A DNA stretch of 64,000 nt from Lama guanicoe. Taxonomy: Eukaryota. Where the stretch lies: contig MU053482.1 of assembly GCA_013239625.1 (NCBI GenBank), positions 2,145,168 to 2,209,167 of the forward strand, read 5' to 3'. A program made the translations under genes and the position numbers. The notes beneath the pieces were generated by a model, which worked only from the letters and a program-made list of their open reading frames with translations, was not told the origin of the DNA and did not search any database. Positions 1-11,900 of the stretch are shown here, piece by piece. Every line of letters begins with the position of its first letter. The stretch's first letter is position 1.

Positions 1-3000
1 GAAGATACTGAATATAGTTCCCTGTGCTAAACAGAAGAAATTTGTTTATCAATTTTTAAAATGTATTTTTATATATAGTGGCTAACGTTTGCAAATCTCA
101 AAACTCCCAAATTTATCCTGTTGCAACCCCTTTCCCGGGGTAACCATAATATTGTTTACTATATCTGCAAGTCTGCTTATGTTTTGTAGATGAGTTCAGT
201 AGTGTCCTCTTTTTTTATTGTTTTAGATACCACATGAGTGATATATGGTATTTTTCTTTCTCTTTTTGGCTTACTTCACTTAGAATGATGATCTCTAGGG
301 CCATCCATGTTGCTGCAAATGGCATTTTATTTTTTATGGTTGAGTAGTATTCCATTATATATGTGTATGTGTGTGTGTGTATATATATATATTCCAGTAT
401 ATACACAGTTGTATATATATACAACTTCTTGATCCAGTCATCTGGTGATGGACATTTAGGTTGCTTCCATGTCTTGGCTATTGTATATAGTGCTGCTGCG
501 AACATTGAGGTGCAAGTATCTTTTCAAATTAGAGTTCCCTCCAGATATATGCCTAGGGGTGAGATTGCTGGATCATATGGTAAGTCTATTTTTATTTTTT
601 TGAGGAATCTCCAGTTTTCCATAATGGCCTTACCAAACTACATTCCCACCAGCAGTGTAGGGGGGTTCCCTTTTCTCCACACCCTCTCCAGCATTTATTG
701 TTTGTGGACTTTTGAGTGATAGCCATTCTGACTGGTGTAAGGTGAAAACTCACTGTAGTTTTGACTTGCATTTCTCTGATAATTAGTGATAGAAAGCATT
801 TTTCATGTGCCTATTGGCCATTTTTATGTCTTCATTGGAGAATTTCTTGTGTAGGTCTTCTGCCCATTTTTGGATTGGACTGTTTTTTTATTAAGTTGTA
901 TGAGCTGTTTACATACTCTGGAAATTAAGCCTTTATCAGCTGCAGCATTTGTAAATATTTTCTCCCATTCCATAGGTTGTCATTTTGTTTTACTTACGGT
1001 TTCCTTTGCTATGCAAAAGCTTATAAGTTTAATTGGGTCCTGTTTGTTTTTTGCTTTTATTTCTGTTGCCTGGGTAGACTGCCCCAGGAGAACATTCCTA
1101 AGATTTATGTCAGAGAATGTTTGGCCTATGTTTTCTTCTGAGAGGTTTATTGTGTCTTGTCTTATATTTAAGTCTTTAAGCCATTTTGAGTTTATTTTTA
1201 TGTATGGTGTGATGGAGTGTTCTAACTTCATTGATTTACATGCTGCTATCCAGTTTTCCCAACACTTGCTGAAGAGACTGTCTTTTCTCTATTGTATAGT
1301 CTTGCCTTCTTTGTCAAAGATTAACTGATTGTAGGTCTGTGCATCTATTTCTGGGCTCTCTATTCTGTTCCACTGATTCATATGTCTGTTTTTATGCCAA
1401 TACTATGGTGTTTTGATTATTGTAGCTCTGTAGTATTGTCTGAAGTCTGGGAGGGTTATTCCTCCAGCTTCATTCTTTTTCTTCAAAATTGCTTTGGCAA
1501 TTCTGGGTCTTTTGTGATTCCATATAAATTTTAGGATTATTTGTTCTAGTTCTATAAAATATGTCTTGGGCAATTTGATAGGGATTGTATTAAATCTGTA
1601 GGTTGCCTTGGGTGGTATGGCTATTTTAACAACATTGAGTCTTCCAATCCAAGAGAATGGGTATCTTTCCATTTCTTTAAGTTGTCTTTAATTTCCTTAA
1701 TGTTTTGTAATTCTCCTTGTGTAAGTCTTTCCCCTCTTTGGTCATATTTATTCCTAAGAATTGTTTTAGATGTGATTTGTAAAGGATTGTTTCCTTACTT
1801 TCTTTCCCTGCTATTTCATTGTTAGTGTAAAGAAATGCAACTGATTTCTGTATGTTAATGTTGTATCCTGCTACCTTGCCAAATTCTTTTATCAGCTCTA
1901 GTTTTGTGTGGAGGTTTTAGGGTTTTCTATATATAGTATCATGTCATCTGCATATAGTGACAATTTCTCTCTTCTCTTCCAATTTGGATCCATTTTATTT
2001 CTTTTTCTTGCCTGATTGCTGTGGCTAGGACTTCCAAGACTGTTGAATAGAAATGGTGAGAGTGGACATCCTTGTCTTGTTCCAGGTTTCCATGGGAAGG
2101 CTTTCAGTTTTTCATCACTGAGTATTGTGCTGGCTGTGGGTTTGTCATAAATAGCTTTTATTATGTTGAGATATGTTACCTTTATACCCACTTTGGTAAG
2201 AGTTTTTATCATAAATTGGTGTTGAATTTTATCAAATGCCTTTTCTGCATCCACTGAGATGATCATGTGATTTTTGTCCTTTATTCTGTTGATATGGTAT
2301 CACACTGATTTACATAAGTTGAACCATCCTTGTGTCCCTGGGATGAATCCAACTTGATCATGGTATATGATCTTTTTTATGTGCTGTGGATTCTGTTTGA
2401 TAATATTTTGTTGAGGATTTTTGCATCTATGTTTATCAATCATATGGGCCTGTAATTTTCTTTTCTGGTAGTGTCTTTGTCTTGTTTTGGTATCAGGGTG
2501 ATAGTGGCTTCATAGAATGAGTTTGGGAGTACTTCCTTCCTTTTCAGTCCTTTGGAAAAGTTTAGAAGGACTGGTATGAGTACTTTGTATGTTTGGTAGA
2601 ATTTCCCAGTGAAGCCATCTGGTCGTGGACTTTTGTTTGTAGGGAGGGTTTTTTTAATTGCTGATTCTGTTTCATTTCTAGTGATTGGTATGTGTCAAGT
2701 GGTCTATTTCTGATTCAGTCTTGGTGGACTGTATGTTTCCAGAAACTTGTCCATTTCTTCTAGGTCATCCAGTTTGTTTGCATATAGTTGTTCCTAGTAT
2801 TCTGGGGATTTTTTTGTATTTCTTTGGTACTGCTCAGGCAGCCAGTCCCAGCCCACCCTTTGTGCTGGTTTCTCTTGGTTCTGTCAGCCAAGGGGCTGCT
2901 GTACACGTCTGAGCCTCGGAGGTTCTCCCTCCATCCCCACTGACCTCTCTGTTGGAGAGGAGGCGTCCCAGTGCAAAAGTGCTACTCCTTCTTTGCTGCT

Positions 3001-3221
3001 CTCCCCCTGTGGGACAGGTCCCACGCTAATTCCTTTCTTCTTTTCTTTTTTCTCCTACCAGATTGTGAGGAATTTTGTCTTTTGAAGTAGGTGATGTTCT
3101 GTCAAAGTTCAGCAAGTGTTCTGAGTGAATGGGTGGGTCTGTGGATGTCTCTCTTGGTGTGATCATGGGAGAGGATGAGCTAAGAGCCTCCATCTAGCCC
3201 GCCATCTTGGCACCCTCTCCC
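1..3221 (-). mobile_element. LINE-1, degenerate: 3'UTR, ORF2 RT/C-terminal part (to ~2829) fused to ~390 nt of 5'UTR-like sequence; the 3' end lies outside the window
   Basis: ORF2 fragments [52 protein letters not shown] with frameshifts; 5' terminus GGAGAGGGTGCCAAGATGGCGG carries the L1-type YY1 motif. Confidence 0.92.
356..422. repeat. Compound (TA)n/(TG)n microsatellite inside the L1
   Basis: tatatatgtgtatgtgtgtgtgtgtatatatatat...tatatatatac. Confidence 0.85.
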
Positions 3222-3234
3222 AACTATTGTTTAA

Positions 3235-3636
3235 ATCAGAGGAAGTTCAAAATGTGTTTTGTTCAGAATATTGCCCCAAATTGTTCATTTCAGAAAACTT
3301 ACCAATGGTTAACACATACTTAGTAGAATCTGAGTTGCTAATTCAGCACACTTTTTCTGCATGCGTAGCTATTGCATTCAAGGTAATTGTGTATAGATGT
3401 AAACATCCGACTTCATTTTATCTTCTAATACAGTTGTGCCCAAGCATTTACATACTTAAATACATGTTATTTTATGACAAAATACCTTCTTTATATTTCT
3501 CCCCATTTATACTACAGTTAAGACATGCTTAGGTAGGTTATATTATCAATGAATTTCATTCAGGATAGTAAAGGGCGGAGTTTACAGTATTTGCTATAGA
3601 AAAAGTGCTGGATCTGCTAGGGTTGAGAACCATCAG
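3235..3636. mobile_element. Probable old hAT-Charlie-type DNA transposon fragment
   Basis: AT-rich block ending in ggttgagaaccatcag, resembling the Charlie/MER terminal motif GTTGAGAACCACTG. Confidence 0.35.
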
Positions 3637-5144
3637 TTAAAGGTTCAGAGATCACATGAAAGCAGAACTTGGAACTCCACCCATGTCAGGATACCTGAAC
3701 ACTTTTTTTCAACCCCAAACCACGTCCCCGAGACACACCCTCTTTTGCCTTCCAAGTGAGACAGCAAACACTGTATGGGCCCTTGGAGCCATTCTGAGCC
3801 ATTCTGTGCCAATATCCGTTTTCTAGATTGGGATGAGAGCTGTGGTTATAGGAAGAGGATGAAATCCCTAGGGTTAAAATGTACTGTATTTTAAAGATAC
3901 ATAAAAGTTAGATTCTACAAAAAAAAATAGTTTACACACACACACACACATATATATGTGTGTATATATCATGTTCTGATCACATGTCTGAAGATTCTTA
4001 AGAGCCACATTTTTTAAAAGAAAGAGAAAAGGAGGAAGAATTAGCACCTTTTGGAATCTGTCTTATTATTTTATTAAGGAATCCACTTCTATGACTGTCA
4101 TGCCCAGGCTGAGTTAATAGTCACGAATTCTGGAGGTAACTACACCCCAGTTTGGACTTTCTGGTTATAACCACTGTGTTCTACCTCAGTTGAAAACCCA
4201 GACTCAAGAGGCGTCAATCCATGCCCTCCTATTCCCAGAAGATGCCAAAGCCAACTATGTAAGAGGCTTTTTCAGGGAAGATGATTACTTTTGTCCTCTT
4301 AAAAGACAAACCTTCTACTTTGCTTCATGAAGCATATGGCAACCCAAACCATGGACAGGTTGGGATCTGTGCAGGCCTCAGTAGAGATGGGGAAAAGGAG
4401 AAAGGGGGACTCAAAAATGAATAGATCTTCTCCCACTTAACAAGTAGGCTAGGGTGGAAGGATAGGAAAACTTTATGGTTCAAATCCTGCCAGACCCAAA
4501 GCCAATACCAATGAAGAGAGTTCCAGCTTCACCCTGGGAATTTTCAAGGTCTCTGCTCTGCAAAGGCCTTGGGTGGGTGGAAAGCCTGAGCCACCCATAT
4601 TGCCCACCCTGCTTCTCTCCTTGCTTTTCTAAGGAGTACAGCAGAATTTTCTGTATGCACACCTAGGGTTCCAATGGAAAAAATCTATTCACAGTTGACA
4701 TGGAAGGGCCATAGGCAATGCGCCAGGGATATGAGCAAGCCCTGATCTGGCTTTAGCGAGGCTTCACTCCACCCATTGTCAGGATACCCAGTGGTGTCTT
4801 ACTTCATACTGAATAGGAAAATGTTAAGATTCACCTAATAGTTGGGCCAAGGGGCAATGAGCATTCTTTCCATCACTGGAAACACCTACACAGAATCTAA
4901 ACAGTTGGCAACTGGAGAGGGAAGCTGAGCTAGAACAATGATTAGATATCTTCTAAGACCAGTCATACAGCTCAGGCCAGAGAACTGAATTTCAGGGAAG
5001 GTCAGTGACCCACACTGAAGCTAAACTCCTAATTAAGTACTCAGTTCCCTGCATGAAGGTGTTTCATTCCTGATTGGCCTGTCTCAGCCCACCCGCCCTG
5101 GAGAAAGAACTCTAGATAATGAAGCCAAGAAACACATAGGGCTC

Positions 5145-5898
5145 TAGGCCCAAACAACTATACTGTTTATTGAGAACACCCGTAGATGGTGGAAAGGAAG
5201 GATGCCCTGTACCGCATCGTGGCCACCACTGACTGGGAGCCGGGCCTGGAGAACACTGCAGAGCTGGGGTGGGCTTCCCATGACTCACTGACCTTCACAA
5301 AGGTGAGAGGAACAAGAGAAGGCCAGGCTCAAGAGCCTGGTACTGTGCTGCAAGTGGGGACTGATTGGCCTTTGCCTTTCAAAAACGGGGTTAGGGGAGG
5401 GGGACTACTAGAAAAAAATAGAACCTCTAAGATTAAAAAAAAAAAAATAGTCCTGTACATACCAAGACAGCATCTGCTCTCCAGGGCCCAAGACTGGCAG
5501 CAGGGGCCTTAGGCAGGCAGGCCGGCCAGGAGCCCCCAGGGGAAGATCAGTGGTTCGGCTGAGACAGTCAGCTGCACATAATTGGCCAGTCACCAGCACC
5601 CAGCAAAACTTCATCCATGCTCGGGCAGGGCAGGAAAGCACCCAGCCCCTTGGGAATATACAAATATTTACCAGGTTCTCTTTGCTCGTTACAAAAACAG
5701 ATAAGAAAAGCTTACAGCAGATTATTTACAAACAGTATCCTGGGATATTGTGAAGGCAGAGGTGGGCTGGCTTGGAGGGTAGGGTCTGTGGGGGCAGAGC
5801 AGCCACAGCAGCCCAGAATGTCCAAGGCTGGGCCCCCTCCCCAGGCTCCAGGCCTCAGGCCCTGCAAAGGCACTGGACTCTGTTACTGGGAAAGGGGC
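5145..5898 (-). other. DENND2B: DENND2B 3'UTR (~750 nt; end approximate)
   Basis: Runs from the stop codon to about 20 nt past the AATAAA; GU/U-rich sequence (gttgtttg, tgtgtttctt) follows. Confidence 0.8.
5166..5171 (-). terminator. Polyadenylation signal AATAAA
   Basis: tttatt on + strand, 730 nt after the stop, with a downstream GU-rich element. Confidence 0.85.
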
Positions 5899-5933
5899 TT
5901 AATTCTTCTTGTGGAGGAACTTCATTTTGTTGC
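5899..5933 (-). CDS. DENND2B: DENND2B terminal coding exon (35 coding nt)
   Basis: GNKMKFLHKKN then TAA at 5901-5899; cccacag| acceptor. Confidence 0.95.
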
Positions 5934-8900
5934 CTGTGGGCCAGAGAGGGCAAGAGTGAGAATGTTTCAGTCATCTCTTCCAACAGCCCTGTCTCTCTTA
6001 GTGGGAGAGAAGATTTAGAAAGGCTGGATACAGCCAGACCCAGGATAGTGAAAGCACTCTAGAGCTTTAATTAGGGCACTGGTATTAATCATGTGTGGCT
6101 TTGGGCAAGACATTTAACTTCTTTGGTCTCAACTTTCCTTTAAAGTGAGACACGCTATGGTTCTAAGATTCAGCTGGCTGAGCTCTTTGAAGGGAATGGA
6201 AGTTTTTCAGATAAGGGCACTCAGATGCTGCTACCCCTTACAGCCTAGAGGAAAGCTCATGGTCTGAATGGCCCTCATACTCACTCAGGAAGAAATGCAC
6301 CCAAAAAAGTTCTGACTTATGTAAGGGTCTGTGAGACCTCTTCCTGTTCTGTCTACAACCAATATAAATACCCATTGGCATTGGTTTAGAGTAGTTCTGG
6401 ATACAAATCCCCCAGCCTCTCCCTTCTTGCTGAACACCTGTCTCATCAGTGACAAGGCTACTTACCCAAACCGCGGAGAAACTTATTCATTCCACTCTGC
6501 TCAGTGTCTGGAAGTTCCTCTAAGTACTGCTCCACTCTCTGCTCAAAGAGGCCTGGGGAAACAGGAACAGGGAAGAGAACAGTCACTGGAGGAAGGGAAG
6601 GGGAGGTGGCCTGGAGCAGGGGGTGGACCAAGGGGCACGGATCCCAAAAAGGGAGAAACCATAGATCTGCAATTATTATAACTTATAGGAGCATCTTATC
6701 AGCATTCAGACTGGCTCATCAAAAGTATCCTTAATGACATCTCATTGGTGTCCACTGCTGATAACAAGCGGCCCTCAATACCTTGCCTCCCAGTGCACAT
6801 TCCTGAGCTGCATTATAGTGAGGATGCCATTCCTCCTATCAGAGCTGCCCCGAAGTGGACACCTTCTCTAGTTCCTTTTAGACCACTCTACCATGTTGTT
6901 TCAAAAGGTTTGTTACACTAAATGGACAGTATTAGTGGACAGAAGAAATAATAACCCCGAGGTTAGACAGAAAGGTGCTGATGAGATGGAAAAGACTTAA
7001 AGTGAGCAAAGCTGATGAAATAACAGATGAGATGACCTGCTCTGAATGCAGACTGCCAGCAACCTAAGACAGAGCTAGGGCTTTCTCTCAGCCCCTAGGT
7101 TCTCAGAACTCCCTAAATTGTGCAGTCTAGTCTTTTTCTCTGAATAAGGACATGCGAAGGGGGGGTAGGTGGAGGTCAGCCCCACTCTTGCCACATGGCT
7201 CCAGCCTGTGCCCAGCCTTGTGAAGGTACTTACTGGGGCAGGACACACTGGCCTTGGTTGTCTCTATCAGAAGAAAAGGGATATTAGGAGGTCTGTCCTG
7301 GTTGATACCCAAAAGCTTCCTGATGGATACTCGGTGCCTGGCTACTCTGCCGGTAGCAGAAAAGTTAGAGGAAGACACCTTCTAGCCCTCCAGAGCCCCC
7401 CACCCCAGGCTCTTCTGGCCTTACCCTTTGCCCGACACTTTCTTAGCTCCCTGTCTTGGATGAAGCCAGCAAACATCTGAGACTCCATAAAAACTTCAAG
7501 AAAACGGCGGATGCTTTTTGAGGCCACAGACTTGCGGAAAGCCTCTCGCTGAAAGGCTCTCTCCCCCTTTTCACTCTGGGTCAGGAAGAGAGAGTAGTGC
7601 CCAACAGTCTCCACAAAGAACCGGATAAACACCTCTGACACCAGCCCATTGAGGGTATTACATTCTGGAAAAGAAAAGAAAATCTCTGAGGTTCAGGTCA
7701 AGAGCCTGCAATCCCAACCTCCAGCTGGTGGTGTTTCCCTCTCCCCAACAAAACTCCAGCCAGAACCACTTATCTGTTCTTGAACCTTTCACTCTTGTAC
7801 TCCTGGGCTTGTCGCTAGCCCACGAGCCAAGAGGGAAACTGCTCTGAACATGGACGCTGGCAAATACTTGCTAGATGAGTGAGAATGGAGATCAGAGACC
7901 AGAGCACCGCCTTCCCCACCCCCCTCACCTTGGGTGGTTTTCCTGGTTTCCCAGGAAGGGGAAGTTCCCTCCATCTCCTGCAGTGGCTCAAGGCAAGGCT
8001 GGGGAGGGAGGAATAACTAGTGTCCTGTCAGCAAGAAGAGTCTTTATGGTTGCCAATTTCCTGTGGGTTTTTATTCCCAAACCTCCTGAGGTAGAGAAGC
8101 GTCAGAGGCAAGAGTGTAGCTTTGCAGTCTGGGCCACCCTGAGCAGCCCCAGTGTTGTTTAAGTTTCTGAACTCCCTCTGATTAAATACCACAACACTTC
8201 TCTCCCTTCAGACCCAGTCAAGCTGTAACTCCCTGGACCCCACTGGTAGCTGGGCTAGAGAATTCTAGGCTAAAGTGAGACCAAGGTCCTGCACCTGGAG
8301 TTTCATCAGTCAGAAGGGTCTGGTGCATGGACACAGGGTCCAGGCTGTCTGAAGCCCGACCCAGAGCAGAGGGAGCCTGGGACCAGGTCACTTACCATCG
8401 TCGGAATCGCTGTCAGAGTCCTGGGAGATCAGCTCGCTCTTCCTCTCTAGAGCCTGCTCCAGAGCCGCCTGTAGCTTCCTAGGTAACAGCGTGTCCTCAT
8501 CATCCATCTGCAGAGAGAAGACGCAGTGACACTGACTGAGCACGCACTTTGTTCCAGCCCTGTTGTAAGAGCTTAAATAATAATTTCATTTCATTCTCCC
8601 AATAACCTTGATACTGTATTATCAACCTCATTTTAAGATGAGGAGCTGAGGCAGAGAGAGAGTTTAAAGAAACTTGTCCAAGGTCACAGAGATAAAAAGT
8701 GGTGGAGTGGTGGCATTCACTGCCCAGAGCCAATAGGGATTCCTACTCCAGCACCAGGATGCAGTCTCCCGAGTTCCTCCATCCTCAGCTCCTGGTGGGA
8801 AGCACAGCTGGCTGGGGACAGGGAGACTGTGGCCCAGCCTGTGTCTCAGGTACGAGGTTAGGCTATTTCTGTTTGTATTCTGGTTGAGTGTCTGTACCTT

Positions 8901-11900
8901 GACACTCTGTACCCAGGGGTCGTAGCTCTGTCAGTGGTGTGTAACAGACTACATTCCCAGAGGGTATAGCATTGGGTTGTGTTCCTTTATAGAGAGCCAG
9001 GAGGGTTTCCATCACTAACAGGCTTTTTGAAGTTGACAATGATCGCAGACTTTTACATTCCATAGCGTTCTGTGCGTCATGTGAAATCCTCCCGCAACAC
9101 TTCAAGGCAGGTGTTATCACCGTGCTTGTTTTACAGATGAGAACTCTGGCTCAGAGAAGTTCAGAGGCCTATCCAAGATCATGTATCTCAAAGGTGGCAG
9201 AGGGCAGAGGTCAAGTCTTCTGACTTCCAGGCCATGTTCCTCCCACTCCCACACTGCCTTCCAGAAGCTGATGATGCCAGCCAGAATGGCAGATCCTGCT
9301 AAGGTGTCAGGACTTTTCAGAGCAGCTTCTCCCCACCACTGTCTATGCTGTGAATGTGGAACCCAGAGAGCTCAACAATCGGGCTGTGAAGGTGGAGCAG
9401 TGTGTGTGACGGTGTCGGCTGCTCTGCATCAAACAAGCACCCACCCTAGGGCAGGCCGTGTTCTGCAGTGTCCCGCTCTTACCTGTCGGATGAATCGGTC
9501 AGACCCCAGATTCACCATCAGTGCCTGAGAAAAAGAGCCATGGGGGGCAGTGATTCAGGGTATGAATCCTTGCAGTGCCCTCCCCAGACCTCCAGGCCTC
9601 CTGGATTCCCGGGTCAGATAACAGTTCCTAACTCCAGCCAGGGACAGACCTCCCAAGGAGAAAGGAAAAGAGCTGGGTACAGAGGCGCAGAGGCCACAAA
9701 TGAGAAGGCCCCAGAAGACTTTCTCCTCTCTCCTTTCCCCCTCCCACCCTTCCCTCCCTTGGGGTTCTGTTCCTTCTGTCTTCCTTTCTCCACCCTTCCC
9801 CCCAGCTGGTTCCCCATGTGGCCCACCTCCTCCACAGGCAGCTCCTTCAGTTTGGGGAGGGAGCTGGAGAGCAAGCCAACCAGGAAAGGGGTGGGACAGC
9901 AGACGATGTCGATCATGGAGGCCGGGAGAACAGGAATGAAGGTGTGCTGCCAGGAGAAGGGGTAGAGCAAGGCCACCACCGCATGGGAGCAGCTGGATAG
10001 GGTACTGGTAGACAGACAGACAAAGCACTGAGCCCAGGCCAGGCACCTTCAGGGAAGGGGAGTTAGAGCCGGCTGGGACAGGCTCAGGACATCCTTTCAT
10101 ATTAAAATACCCACCTCCCAGTGCAACAAAATTGCTAAGGGGGCTCGGGCCTGGGTCTGACCCTGCAGATTGGTGAAGCTCCCACATTCCCACTGCTCAT
10201 GGTCTCAAGGACAGTGGTGCTACCCTCTTCGGTAACTCTCTAGAGCCAGCCATGAGGGTACATAGTAACGCTTGAACACACACACCTACTCACCCACCAA
10301 ATACACAAGTGGTCCTGATCTCGTGTGGGAGCATCAGCTCAGGCCAGGGAGTAAAAGGCAAGCTGAGCAAGGTCTGATCACAGATTCATACTGTGTAAGA
10401 GCTGGAAGCTCCTACAGCAGTCACCTTATCTATTCCACATTTTACATCTGGGGCCGCTGATACCCAGGCTCAGGCTGGTCATAAATGGCAGACTTGGGAC
10501 ATAGTTTTCCTGTCTCCCAGCCCAGTGTTACTTCTCCCGCTCTGCCCTCAGTCCATTCCTTCCTCTCCTGACTGGAAAAAGTGGTTTGACTGAGGACCAC
10601 TGACTGAGGTGAGGCTGGCACCACTCTTGCCCAGTGCCGTCTTTCCTCAGGATCCAAAAAACAGCCACAGGTTTCTTTGGGATCATCCCTCCCTTGGCCT
10701 AGAGGGGGCTCCCAGCCTCCAGCACTACAGGGCTCGCTGTCCAAGCAGAATGACTGAAGCGAGCCCGGAAGGAAAGCTCCAGGGTGCTAGCTAAACGGCA
10801 CAGGAGTGAGTGCTGAGGGCCAGTACTGAACACCAGTCAACACGGGGGGCACACCAGGCCTGAACCATCTGTCTGTCAGAAGCCGGGTCAAAAGCACTCC
10901 CCTAGGGACCGTGTTAGAGAAGAGGAAACGGGCCCAGAGTTATGGTGCCAAGTCCATGACAGAAATAAACCCTCTTTTCCAGAAGGATCTCTGGATGTTC
11001 ACAAGTGTTTGGACAGCCAGTGCCTTGCTTGCCTGACCTCCCACCCTATGGATAACTAAAACACTGCTGGGCCTTGAGGCAGAGACAGGTATCCTGGCCC
11101 TGCCAGCCCTTCCCCTGGGGACAGCAGCTCCCCACACCTCAGGGACAGCCATCTAAAAAAGATCTGGAAAAGGGCTGTCTCAGGGTCAAAGGAAACACTG
11201 ATCTCCTCAGTGTCCTCCAAGGGACCTGAGGCTTGGAGGCAGATGCCTCATAAAACCCTAGGGCTGATCACTGCAGAGCCAGTGTGTGCACACATGCACC
11301 CCTCCCACTTACACAGACATCAAAACTAGGCTAGAGGGACAAAGGACTTGTGGAAAACCTAAAATGTGAGCAACAGTACATGGCTGGCTGGACTTACTGA
11401 GCCCCGACCCCAGCCCAGGCCTGTGTGCCCTCACTGCGCCGCTGCTCTGCCCCTCCAGTCAGAGGCGGACCTCAAGCAGGGAGGACATCATTTCTAAGAC
11501 CCAAGATTGGCAAGACCTGAATGCCAGCCAGGCCAGAACAGGGCCCTGGGGTGCCTTCTCCCAGAACGGTCCTGGAATGTGTTCAGAGGCAGTGGGAGCC
11601 ACAGGAAACAATCGCTGTGTTCACAGCCCTGCTGGAGCCAGGCTGAGGGTGGGGTGGCAAAGAGGAGGCTCTGCCCGGGTGAGGGAGTGGAACCTTCAGA
11701 AAAAGAAAGCTCAGGGTCCGTGCTCTGCCAGGGGCATCAAGGTGTGACCAGTCCAGAGCCTCACAGCCAGGGCTTGGCTGGTGGACAGTGAACACAGACA
11801 GCAGAAAGGCACAGACGGCCCCAAGGGGCTGCTGTACCTGGCTAGTTGCAGCTGCTGGCTGGGTCCCTTCATGAGGCCTGCAGGCCCAGGACATACAGAA

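Noticed and set aside
215..2266. Functional reverse transcriptase gene
   Set aside because: L1 ORF2 is broken by frameshifts, stops and a microsatellite insertion, and it lacks the EN domain.
3240..5140. Neighbouring gene or snoRNA downstream of DENND2B
   Set aside because: No exon-like or box H/ACA or C/D structure could be supported; any neighbour lies outside the window.
9555..10193. 212-aa minus-strand ORF and overlapping + strand ORFs
   Set aside because: Alternative-frame read-through of GC-rich exon 14 and its introns; the DENN frame is a different one.
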